A stretch of 63,745 bases of DNA from a virus (taxonomy: Duplodnaviria > Caudoviricetes): IMG/VR virus record IMGVR_UViG_3300032164_000012, positions 1 through 63,745 of that record. The stretch is one strand, 5' to 3'. Made by a program: the position numbers and the translations under genes. The notes beneath the pieces are model-generated. The model saw only the letters and a list, made by a program, of their open reading frames with translations. It made no database searches and was not told the DNA's origin. Of the stretch, positions 17,407-25,796 are shown piece by piece (the first letter of the stretch is position 1; the number at the start of each line of letters is the position of its first letter).

Positions 17407-18029
17407 ACTCGACGCTATTTCCTTCCGAGGTACTCGATAGCGGAGGAGGACGAGCAGGCCTTGCCCCCCTGCGGGCGCGGGCGATGATCTGCTGCAGGTG
17501 TGGTCTGGCCTCCACCCGCACCACGGTCGTCTTCGGAGTTGGCAACCCGGAACGGCCTCTCCTGGCTTTGGTCGGAGAGGGACCGGGAGCAAACGAGGAC
17601 AAGCAAGGTGTCCCCTTCATCGGCAAGGCAGGCGGGCTGCTCGACAAGATGCTGGCGGCGATGCTCCTCAAGCGAGAGAACCTCTACATCTGCAACGCAG
17701 TCCAGTGTCGACCTCCAGAGAATCGAAAACCAGAGAGCGACGAGATCAAGGCATGCAGCGAGTTCCTCATCGGGCAGTTGCGCGTCGTGCGTCCGCACGT
17801 CGTCCTCGCTCTCGGCGGTACCGCCATCGCCGCCCTGTGCAAGCAGACCCGTCCGATGAAGGAGCTGAGGGGTCGGTGGTTCGAATGGGAGGGTATCCCT
17901 GTACGCGCTACCTACCATCCTGCCTATCTGCTTCGGGAGCCATCAATGAAGAAGGCTGCGTGGGAAGATCTGCAGGCCGTCATAGCTCGGCTGCAACGCG
18001 ACCACATGGTCGCAGTTTCTAATCCCTAG
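17403..18029 (+). CDS. uracil-DNA glycosylase family 4
   Basis: C..C.L, VFGVGN, VGEGPG, PFIGKAG, N.V.CRPPENR, TYHPAYLLR. Confidence 0.92.
   Translation: MNSTLFPSEVLDSGGGRAGLAPLRARAMICCRCGLASTRTTVVFGVGNPERPLLALVGEGPGANEDKQGVPFIGKAGGLLDKMLAAMLLKRENLYICNAVQCRPPENRKPESDEIKACSEFLIGQLRVVRPHVVLALGGTAIAALCKQTRPMKELRGRWFEWEGIPVRATYHPAYLLREPSMKKAAWEDLQAVIARLQRDHMVAVSNP
17998..18013. promoter_or_regulatory. 16-bp palindromic element, copy 3
   Basis: GCGACCACATGGTCGC, ending 26 bp upstream of the TTGACA at 18040. Confidence 0.7.
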
Positions 18030-18039
18030 CAGATCCCCG

Positions 18040-18078
18040 TTGACAATCCGGTCGCTACTTGCTTATCTCAAAGATAAG
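18040..18078 (+). promoter_or_regulatory. promoter with an inverted repeat over the -10
   Basis: TTGACA-17-TTATCT; CTTATCT-caa-AGATAAG at 18062-18078. Confidence 0.6.
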
Positions 18079-18113
18079 ACTATGTTCTCTAGTAGGTAGC
18101 AGGAGGGATCTCG

Positions 18114-18341
18114 ATGTCGAAACCCGAAAAGACTCAGCGCTGCGGAGGATGTGGCAAGCCGATCTTGGAAGGCGATGCCGTTGCCCGCATCGCTCTAGGG
18201 AAGATGGTGGACGGCGAGTTCACCGAGAAAAAGGAGTACGTGCTTCTGCACCAGAGCCCGTGCTTCAACCGCGCCGTTGACTCACCCATGGCTGTCCTGG
18301 ACGAGGTGAAACGACAGTCCGTACTCAAGAAGGCAGGATGA
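18114..18341 (+). CDS. small zinc-binding protein
   Basis: CGGC...H..PC; AGGAGG RBS. Confidence 0.65.
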   Translation: MSKPEKTQRCGGCGKPILEGDAVARIALGKMVDGEFTEKKEYVLLHQSPCFNRAVDSPMAVLDEVKRQSVLKKAG

Positions 18342-18556
18342 GCCGGCCCTCTACCATCGAAGCCCTCCGCATCCAAGTGGAGATGGAGGGGCTCGTTCCG
18401 GGGACACCCCCGTTCGACCGTACTCTGCGACAACGCCAGATCGCACGCTGTCAAGAGATACGGCAAACGATCTGTCCGGACTGTCCGCACAACGACGAAT
18501 GCCGAGTACTACAGGAGTGGCTCCAGGATCAACGCGACGCGGAGGCAAGGCGATGA
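18338..18556 (+). CDS. small Cys-rich protein
   Basis: ATGA overlap; CPDCPHNDEC. Confidence 0.55.
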   Translation: MSRPSTIEALRIQVEMEGLVPGTPPFDRTLRQRQIARCQEIRQTICPDCPHNDECRVLQEWLQDQRDAEARR

Positions 18557-18846
18557 AGGAGCTGGCCGATTCGGAACCGCTGCAACCGCACGAGCTGCTC
18601 GTCGAGAACGTCCTCGTCCTCGTCGATCATCCCGAGCAGGTACGAGTGGAGGAGCAGGACGGCGGCGGCAACATGTCTGTGTTCCTGATTCATGTCCATC
18701 CAAACGACCGAGGGAAGGTCATCGGGAAACAGGGATCGACCATCACAGCTTTGCGCCACATTCTCTCTTGCGCCCTGGCACCTAGGGGTCGGCGAGCGCA
18801 GATCGAAGTCGCCAATTCGAAGCTCGCCAAGACACGAGCAGCCTGA
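18553..18846 (+). CDS. khpA: KH-domain RNA-binding protein (KhpA/YlqC-like)
   Basis: LVDHPEQV.V...VHPNDRGKVIGKQGSTITALR (GxxG). Confidence 0.85.
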   Translation: MKELADSEPLQPHELLVENVLVLVDHPEQVRVEEQDGGGNMSVFLIHVHPNDRGKVIGKQGSTITALRHILSCALAPRGRRAQIEVANSKLAKTRAA

Positions 18847-19253
18847 TGGCTTGGTGGCGTAGTCTCTGGCCTTGGAAACGTCGGATGAAGAAGATCAGCG
18901 TCGCTGTTCCGCCCGAAGACTACGCAGCTTTCCAGGCGCTCTGCGCAGCGCGCGGGACGACCATCTCGGACTGGGTCCGTGAGACCCTGAAGGAAGCCGC
19001 CGGCATGACTGACAAGCTCGCCAAGTCTCCTCCTGACCTGAAGGTTCTCAAGGGTGGCTCTCCCCCACCTCCGGTCGTCTACGCTCCCCATTCCTGCTAC
19101 TACTTGCGCGGGGTACTGCCGCCGAACATGACTGCTCGCGAATGCCAGGGGACCTGTGGCCATCCGACGCACGTCAACATGTTGAAGCCCTGCTACTGGC
19201 CCACCAGCGCCGCCCAGTCCTGCCCGATGTTCGTTGGCCGACGCGCCTCTTGA
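18846..19253 (+). CDS. ribbon-helix-helix (CopG-like) protein with Cys-rich C-terminus
   Basis: KKISVAVPPEDYAAFQALCAARGTTISDWVR. Confidence 0.65.
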   Translation: MAWWRSLWPWKRRMKKISVAVPPEDYAAFQALCAARGTTISDWVRETLKEAAGMTDKLAKSPPDLKVLKGGSPPPPVVYAPHSCYYLRGVLPPNMTARECQGTCGHPTHVNMLKPCYWPTSAAQSCPMFVGRRAS

Positions 19254-19312
19254 CAATCATATAACTGCTTGCTACAGTAGGAACAGATCGAGCACACCGT
19301 GCCCGAAGGAGG
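19250..19312 (+). promoter_or_regulatory. promoter with 5' stem-loop and RBS cassette
   Basis: TTGACA-17-TACAGT; TCGAGCAC/GTGCCCGA hairpin, then AGGAGG; its TGA is the upstream stop. Confidence 0.8.
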
Positions 19313-19317
19313 TTCTG

Positions 19318-19911
19318 ATGAGCAAGAATGACGTGATCGTCCTCAGCAGCGCAGTTCCTACCTCTGTCCTGCCCCTCACAGGGTCAGACATCATGCTGAA
19401 GCCGGTCGACCAGATGACTCCCATCGAGGCCGCTCAGGCACATCTGGCGCTGAAGCTCGTCGACGAAATGCTGGAAGAGCGCCTCGGAGCACTCCGTGAG
19501 AAGCTGCTCGACGTGGCACTCAAGGAGGGCAAGCTCACTGACAAGGGTGGGCACCGCTACGACTTCGAAGGCATCCGCGTGCTGCGCGAACGCCGAGAAG
19601 AGAAGAACCTCAAGGTCGAGAAAGTGGTCGACTTGCTCAAGGAGAAAGGAATCGATATCGGCGAAGGCTGTGATGAGATCAAGAAGCTTGTGGTCAACAT
19701 GAGCAAGATTCAGAGTCTCGTCGAGATCGGCAAGTTGGCCAAGACAGACATCGACAGCATCACCGGCATCACCATCGCTCTCAAGATCTTCCCTTCCGAC
19801 GAGATAAAAGCGATCCTCGAGGCAGCGCGCGAAGCACACGCGATATCGTCGTCAGATGTCGCCCAGCCGCTCATCGAGGGGGATAAGGTCAAGATGGCCA
19901 GGAAGAAGTAA
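19318..19911 (+). CDS. hypothetical protein
   Basis: strong RBS and codon bias. Confidence 0.7.
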   Translation: MSKNDVIVLSSAVPTSVLPLTGSDIMLKPVDQMTPIEAAQAHLALKLVDEMLEERLGALREKLLDVALKEGKLTDKGGHRYDFEGIRVLRERREEKNLKVEKVVDLLKEKGIDIGEGCDEIKKLVVNMSKIQSLVEIGKLAKTDIDSITGITIALKIFPSDEIKAILEAAREAHAISSSDVAQPLIEGDKVKMARKK

Positions 19912-19921
19912 CGAGACGCTG

Positions 19922-20764
19922 ATGCCGATGTCTAAGCGATACATCAAAGCCGAGAAGTGGAATGTACCAGAGCCCCTGCAGTACCTGGACGTGTTCGGTC
20001 TGCACAAGCTCTATGACGCCATCGCCTTCAAGGCGAACCTCATTCTGGCGGGACCGCCAGGCATAGGCAAGACGTTGTCCGTTGCGTCGTGGTGCCAGAA
20101 GCACGCGGTCCCCCTCATTCCGTTCGACTGCTCCGAGGACGTGCGCCGAGCGCAACTCTACGGAGCACGGACGATCGAGGATGGGTCCTCGCCGTTCCTG
20201 CTGGGCGCGATCCCTACGGCCATCGAGGTCGCCAATGACGTCGGGATGGCGGTCTTGAATCTGGAAGAGATCAACGCTCTCAAGCCGGCCAACCAGAAGG
20301 GCTTGAACTCGATCACGGACTTCCGACGGGCGCTGGCCTTGCAAGAGGCAGAGGAGGTGTACCGTCTCAAGAAGAATTCCAAGCTCTGGATCGTCGGCAC
20401 GATGAACTTCGCCGTCTACGGGGGCGTCTACGCGCTCAACAACGATCTGCGTAGCCGTTTCCGCATCTACCCACTGCGCTACCCGACTGCCGAGAACGAA
20501 AAGAAAATCGTCGTCGAAGTGTTGGGAACTGACGGTGCCGGAGCACCCTACATCGACAAGGTGATCCTGCTGGCACACCAAACTCGACAAGAAGCGCTGG
20601 AGTACCAACTGGCCACCCGCGATGTAGTCCAGATCATCCAGGACATCGGGAACGCCGGCCTCGAGACGGCGATGCGCCTCGCCCTCGGGAAGTTCGACGG
20701 CAGTGACCAGCAAACCTTCGCCAGCTGGGTGACCAGCATCTTCAACATCGATCTCTCGTTGTGA
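19922..20764 (+). CDS. MoxR/CbbQ/NirQ-type AAA+ ATPase
   Basis: GPPGIGKT, LEEIN, VGTMN, LRSRF. Confidence 0.85.
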   Translation: MPMSKRYIKAEKWNVPEPLQYLDVFGLHKLYDAIAFKANLILAGPPGIGKTLSVASWCQKHAVPLIPFDCSEDVRRAQLYGARTIEDGSSPFLLGAIPTAIEVANDVGMAVLNLEEINALKPANQKGLNSITDFRRALALQEAEEVYRLKKNSKLWIVGTMNFAVYGGVYALNNDLRSRFRIYPLRYPTAENEKKIVVEVLGTDGAGAPYIDKVILLAHQTRQEALEYQLATRDVVQIIQDIGNAGLETAMRLALGKFDGSDQQTFASWVTSIFNIDLSL

Positions 20765-22701
20765 TGCGCGACTTTCTCCCCACACCAGCTCGCCTCCCCG
20801 TCGATCCGAGCCACTTCGAACTGTCCTCCCTGCGGCTTGACGCTGCCGGTCACCAGCAGGCTATCCTCCACAAGACCGTCGACACCTTCGCCGCGATCAT
20901 GCAGCGAAGACTGTGGCTCAAGAACAGCAATCGTGTCACGACCGACGGGACTGTGCTGTGCTTGCCGATCCACTCCGTCGACGCCTACTTGCGCCTGGAG
21001 GAGCTGCTGGCGCACTTGCTGTTCAGAACCGACGTGGTGGCCAAGCGGCTATTCGTCACGGAGTACGTTAAGCAGGTGGAAGCCGCGACGACCTCCGCCG
21101 GTCAGCCAGTCGACGCTGCCCGCCTGGCCTCCGGCCTGGACTGCTTGATCGACACCCTCGAGCACCACCGAGTCGTCTCCCTCTGGCGACGGCTCTACGA
21201 GGGGTCCTACGAGCGCATGCGGGCGCGCGAGCGCGCTGACGCGCAGGCGTTCGTGACGCGCGCACACACGAACATCCTGACCTACGCCTGCCTGCTCGGG
21301 ACCGCCATCGACATCCCAGCCGGTCCCTTGGACCGCTACCGGAACGTCATCGAGGATGCCTACCGCAAGGTAGAGGGGACCGACTTCGCCGCCACCCTGC
21401 TGGTAGCAAAGTGGCTGGTCGTCTCCCTGGTTTCAGAGGTTGTTCGGGGTGCTGGGAACCCGCTAGAGCAGGCCAAGGTCGTCCACGCCCCTAGCACCGC
21501 GCCAGAAGGCCCCAACGACCCCCAGGACGGCCCGAAAGAGCCTGACCAGGGGCAAGGTAGGGGGGAGGCACAGCGGCCTCCTGGGAGCCTACAGGAGCGC
21601 GCTGGAGCCCTCCAAGAGCTGCTGGAGACACTCGGGGACAAGGCAACCACGCGTAATCAAACACAAGTTCGGGTGGAAGAGTCCAAGTTCTCAGGGAATC
21701 CGTCGGACAGGTCCAAGAAGCCGTGCCGGAGCGCACTGGGGCTGGACGTGGGGGATCGTGAGGCGATGCAGACCGCCCTGCAGCGGGCGCGGGAACAGGC
21801 CGCTCAGCAGACCGATCGGGTCAAGGAATCGCTCCTCCATCCGAGCGCCCCTGACAATCGGCTGCGTCGAGACGCACCGGCAAAGGTGGTGTTCCGTGAC
21901 GTTGTCTCCACCGAGAAGCCGACACCACTCATGCCAGAAGACCAGGCGACGGTTGATCGGCTGCGCTCTCTGTTCGCGCTGGTGATGGGACAGCGCTCCT
22001 CAGACCTCGACGAGATCGGCAGCCGCATCGACATCGGAGCCTACATCGAACAGGCAACTTCCCGTCGACCAGGACCGTGCTTCGAGATCGACACCTCGGG
22101 AAGAGGTTTCAAAGTCCTGTTGCTACTCGATCGATCCGATTCGATGCAGGACGAAAAGAAAGCACAGGCCGAGCGAGCCTGTCGTGTCCTCGGACGAGCA
22201 CTCGACTACCCGTTCGTCAACCTCCACGTCTGGGGTTTCCAGTCTGTCGAACAAGGGCAAGTCGACATCACACGCTTCGACCGTCGACTAGAGGTGTTTG
22301 ACACTGAACACGTTCACGTCGGTGGCATGACGCCGCTCCACATTGCACTTCAGATTGCCGGCCGCTTCCTCGAGCTGGGTGACGAGACCAGGCACATCAT
22401 CGCTATCACCGACGGCTATCCGACGCACCGTCGGCGTAACGGCCAAGTGATCGGCACCGGACAGCTTATGCTGTTCGTGCGTGATGCGGTCCGGCACAAC
22501 CGCCAGATCGGCGTCAACACCTGTGGTGTGATGATCGGTTACGAGCGCCAAGCGCGCCTCTACTACGACACAAACGAGAAGCAGCTGCAGTTCATGTTCG
22601 GCAACCCGAAGTTCTGGCGGCAGGTCACTCCGGCGAAGCTAGGCCGCGATCTAGTCCGCCTCGTCGCCAACCTGTTCCTCTCGTACTTGGCGGGGGCATG
22701 A
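20764..22701 (+). CDS. VWA-domain protein (AAA+ partner)
   Basis: LLLDRSDSM MIDAS, GGMTP, ITDGYP. Confidence 0.8.
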   Translation: MRDFLPTPARLPVDPSHFELSSLRLDAAGHQQAILHKTVDTFAAIMQRRLWLKNSNRVTTDGTVLCLPIHSVDAYLRLEELLAHLLFRTDVVAKRLFVTEYVKQVEAATTSAGQPVDAARLASGLDCLIDTLEHHRVVSLWRRLYEGSYERMRARERADAQAFVTRAHTNILTYACLLGTAIDIPAGPLDRYRNVIEDAYRKVEGTDFAATLLVAKWLVVSLVSEVVRGAGNPLEQAKVVHAPSTAPEGPNDPQDGPKEPDQGQGRGEAQRPPGSLQERAGALQELLETLGDKATTRNQTQVRVEESKFSGNPSDRSKKPCRSALGLDVGDREAMQTALQRAREQAAQQTDRVKESLLHPSAPDNRLRRDAPAKVVFRDVVSTEKPTPLMPEDQATVDRLRSLFALVMGQRSSDLDEIGSRIDIGAYIEQATSRRPGPCFEIDTSGRGFKVLLLLDRSDSMQDEKKAQAERACRVLGRALDYPFVNLHVWGFQSVEQGQVDITRFDRRLEVFDTEHVHVGGMTPLHIALQIAGRFLELGDETRHIIAITDGYPTHRRRNGQVIGTGQLMLFVRDAVRHNRQIGVNTCGVMIGYERQARLYYDTNEKQLQFMFGNPKFWRQVTPAKLGRDLVRLVANLFLSYLAGA

Positions 22702-23207
22702 GCGTTTCCGGTCCACACCCTCGCGCCTTCGTCCGCAACCCCATTCCCGTGCCGTGCCCCGACTGCGGCCTGCCCACGCCGATCGTGGTCGGATCTCTCC
22801 TCGGGACCATTCACGTCTTGCCCGTCGACGCGGATCGGGTGCGCGAGGTGCTGCTGTCATACCGGAACCAGTGGAAACAGCAGCTCGAGATGCACCAGCA
22901 CCGTCGGCGTGTGGGTCAGCGTACCACCACGATGACGGTGAACCGTACAGGCCTGGTGTGCTCCCGTTGCGCCTACGTGCGTCCGACGCTGTTCTGGCTC
23001 GACATCGGGAGTCGCCTTCCCGATCCTCTCTGCCTGGGATGCGCGCGGCATCACGTCTGGAAAGATCTTGAAGGTGATGACGGACTGCGAATAGACCTGC
23101 GGGTGTTCCTGATGCACGGGTCGAAGGTGACATTGCTACGCACGACGAAGGTACTGATCGAGATCGACGACGAAGGGCCGACGCGCTCGGCCGGAACCCT
23201 GTTCTAG
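22698..23207 (+). CDS. multi-CxxC hypothetical protein
   Basis: CPDC, CSRC, CLGC. Confidence 0.55.
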   Translation: MSVSGPHPRAFVRNPIPVPCPDCGLPTPIVVGSLLGTIHVLPVDADRVREVLLSYRNQWKQQLEMHQHRRRVGQRTTTMTVNRTGLVCSRCAYVRPTLFWLDIGSRLPDPLCLGCARHHVWKDLEGDDGLRIDLRVFLMHGSKVTLLRTTKVLIEIDDEGPTRSAGTLF

Positions 23208-23215
23208 GAGAAGCC

Positions 23216-23431
23216 ATGGAAGACCAGATCAAGAAGATGCTCAAGAGCGGTCCGAAGTCCAACAAGGAGCTGCGCACCAGCCTCGGACTCGACGAGAAAA
23301 ACTATGATCAAAACCTCGACCGCACGTTGCAGAAGCTCCGCAAGGCAGGGCTCATCAAGCCGGTCAAGGGGCGTTGGGTGATGGCGTCCGTGAAGATCTG
23401 CCCGAAGTGCGGCGGGAAGGGGTGGATATGA
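23216..23431 (+). CDS. small winged-helix protein
   Basis: SNKELR..LG...LDRTLQKLRKAGLI; AGGAG RBS. Confidence 0.7.
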   Translation: MEDQIKKMLKSGPKSNKELRTSLGLDEKNYDQNLDRTLQKLRKAGLIKPVKGRWVMASVKICPKCGGKGWI

Positions 23432-23572
23432 AAGGCACTGCAGCCTCGGAGAAGCCACGGACTGCTTGACTCCCGAGAGTGATCCGAGGTAACAGGTTCT
23501 CCACTGGGAGGTCGACGCATGCTGGATCGTCGCTGGAAACGCGTCGGAGTAGCTTTCCCGGAAAGGTGAGCC

Positions 23573-23908
23573 ATGCCCGCGACCAGCACTCTCACTCTGC
23601 AGCGTATAGGCGGCCACGTCCCCGACGGTCTTGCCCGGCGCAAGGAGATCTCTCAAGGAGCGAAGCTCCTCTACGCGCGCCTGCTGTACTTGGCCAAGCA
23701 CCGACGCTCCGACACCTGTACGCCGACCATGGAAGAGTTGGGAGATTCAATTGGCGTCACCGTCAGGATGGCGCACTTCTACCTCGACGAACTTCGCCAC
23801 TACCAGCTGATCACCAGCCGGCGAGGAGCGGCGGCGAGCGTCTACTCGTTCCCCGAACACCCCTGGACTTGGACGACTCCGGCTACACAGCTGGAGTGTT
23901 CTTCGTGA
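23573..23908 (+). CDS. HTH replication-initiator-like protein
   Basis: ISQGAKLLYARL...PTMEELGDSIGVT...LDEL...LI. Confidence 0.7.
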   Translation: MPATSTLTLQRIGGHVPDGLARRKEISQGAKLLYARLLYLAKHRRSDTCTPTMEELGDSIGVTVRMAHFYLDELRHYQLITSRRGAAASVYSFPEHPWTWTTPATQLECSS

Positions 23909-25179
23909 AGCCCCAGGTTGTCTACGACGTGGAGAAAGTTCGTATTCGGCCAGACAGGTCGTGGACGTTCGCTCCGGTTCCCAACTGGCTGGGAGTTCGT
24001 CCTGAAGTCCTGCCAGCCGCTAAGCTACTCTATGCTCGTCTCATACAGCATGCTGGAGCTAAGGGGGAGGCATACCCCAGGATTAACACCTTGGCTAAAG
24101 AGTTGGGGATGTGTCGCAATAACGTGAAGAAGCTGTTGGACCACCTGGTTACCCTAGAACTCATCACTATCGAGTCTGGTAAGGATTCGGGGGAGTCCAA
24201 CCGCTATATCTTCTTGAATAATGCTTGGATAGAGGATTTTAGGGCTCTTCAGCGCTCGAGCAAGACTTCGAGAGCCAAGGGCGCTAAAAACGCAAGAGGG
24301 TGGCCACTCCAGTGTCTACCGGTGGCCACTCTAGTACCTACCGGTGGCCACTCTAGTACCCACCCATCTGAAGATATCCAGGAAGAGATCCATGAAAACA
24401 TCATGTGTGGCGGAGCCGCTACGCTAGCTCCGCACTTTCCGCCGGCCCAAGAAGAGCTTCCGGCGAAAAGAGAAGAGCTAGATAGAGAACAGCAAGATCT
24501 AGCTATCACCGATGAACAGGAAAGCCCTGCCATCGCCGATGACCAGGATAACGCCGATGACCAGGACATAGGCGTAGTCCAAGGCATAGACCAGGACATA
24601 GGTGAAGCCATGGACCAAGAACAGCTAAAGGCTAAGCTGGAAGCCATGAAAGCACAGATGGCTAAGACAGGGGAGCACACCGCCCAGGTGCTGATGGATC
24701 AGGCCACGAAGAAGCAGGCGAGCGAGGTAACAGCGACGAAGTCAAAGCGGAAGCCGCGCTGGTCTCGTGACGAGGTCGAGGGCATCGAGGACGTCTGGCG
24801 CGAGGAGATGCACGTTCGGCATCCCGATCTGCAGATCCCTCGGTGGACCGAGAAGGAGTACGGTCAGGCTGGACTACTTCTGGTCCGAGCTAACAAGGTT
24901 CTCGTCGCTGATAGCGTGCGCTTCGTGCTGCGCTACTGGTCCCGTCTCGTCAGCCGGTACTTCAAGAAGTCCACGCCTCGTCCGAACATCGGTATCCTCC
25001 TCAAGTACTCCGACGAGCTGCTCATCGACGCGCAGGAGTGGGCGAAGCACCGTCGGACTCTCGAGGAGTATGCGATCTGGGAGAAGGACCATCCCGGGTA
25101 CTGCGACGAGCCGGATAAGGATCTGTCCGACCGCTACCAGCTTGCCCTCGACACCTTGAACCAGATGGGAATCCGGTAG
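23905..25179 (+). CDS. phage replication initiator (N-terminal HTH, lambda O-like organisation)
   Basis: AAKLLYARL...AYPRINTLAKELG...SNRY; internal iterons; precedes DnaC-like gene. Confidence 0.75.
   Translation: MKPQVVYDVEKVRIRPDRSWTFAPVPNWLGVRPEVLPAAKLLYARLIQHAGAKGEAYPRINTLAKELGMCRNNVKKLLDHLVTLELITIESGKDSGESNRYIFLNNAWIEDFRALQRSSKTSRAKGAKNARGWPLQCLPVATLVPTGGHSSTHPSEDIQEEIHENIMCGGAATLAPHFPPAQEELPAKREELDREQQDLAITDEQESPAIADDQDNADDQDIGVVQGIDQDIGEAMDQEQLKAKLEAMKAQMAKTGEHTAQVLMDQATKKQASEVTATKSKRKPRWSRDEVEGIEDVWREEMHVRHPDLQIPRWTEKEYGQAGLLLVRANKVLVADSVRFVLRYWSRLVSRYFKKSTPRPNIGILLKYSDELLIDAQEWAKHRRTLEEYAIWEKDHPGYCDEPDKDLSDRYQLALDTLNQMGIR
24299..24364 (+). repeat. 3 x 22-bp tandem direct repeats (iterons, probable origin)
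   Basis: GGTGGCCACTCCAGTGTCTACC / GGTGGCCACTCTAGTACCTACC / GGTGGCCACTCTAGTACCCACC. Confidence 0.8.
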
Positions 25180-25796
25180 TGGACCCGACGCTTTATCGGA
25201 AGCTGGTCCCCGAGGATTTCCTGCGCATGAACCTTCCTGAGAAGTTCTGGTACGCCCGTCTGAACCAGATCCACGCGTCGGTGCTGGAGGAGGTCACGCG
25301 CTACGTCGAGCAGGTCGACCGGATGATCGTTCGAGGGATCGGCTTGCTGATCTGCGGCAACGTCGGCGTGGGCAAGACCGGCGCAGCGGCGGTGGTGGCG
25401 AAGGCGGCCAGGAGCCGAGGGCATCCGACCTATTTCACGCGCATCCTGGATCTGCGGGACTCCATGCGTGCTCGTGAGACCTTCGATGACAACCCGATCT
25501 TTGAGCGGTGTCGGGAGGTCGACTTCTTGGTACTGGATCACCTGGAGCTGGAAGATGCCACCGCCCCCTACATCGACAACCGCGTCCTCACCGAACTCAT
25601 CTCACAGCGAGGCGAGCGCCATCGGTCGACTGTGTTGACGACGCGCGCGAAGGTTCCGCAGATGAAGAACACCTTCAAGGGCATGCTCGAGACGACGGGA
25701 CCGTACCTGGTTCCGATCTCGATGATAGGGGAGGACCGACGAGTGCAGCAGGCGGAGGACGCTAAGCAACAGGTCCTTGGAGGTCCTCGTGGATGA
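25179..25796 (+). CDS. DnaC/IstB-like helicase loader ATPase
   Basis: GLLICGNVGVGKT, VDFLVLD, STVLTT. Confidence 0.85.
   Translation: MDPTLYRKLVPEDFLRMNLPEKFWYARLNQIHASVLEEVTRYVEQVDRMIVRGIGLLICGNVGVGKTGAAAVVAKAARSRGHPTYFTRILDLRDSMRARETFDDNPIFERCREVDFLVLDHLELEDATAPYIDNRVLTELISQRGERHRSTVLTTRAKVPQMKNTFKGMLETTGPYLVPISMIGEDRRVQQAEDAKQQVLGGPRG

Noticed and set aside
23479-23904. 566-aa form of the initiator starting at 23479
   Set aside because: The extension is R/S/P-rich and overlaps a better ORF (23573-23908); GTG 23905 is the more plausible start
24299-24364. 22-bp repeats as a mini-CRISPR
   Set aside because: The repeats are head-to-tail with no spacers and lie inside the initiator gene, which fits iterons better
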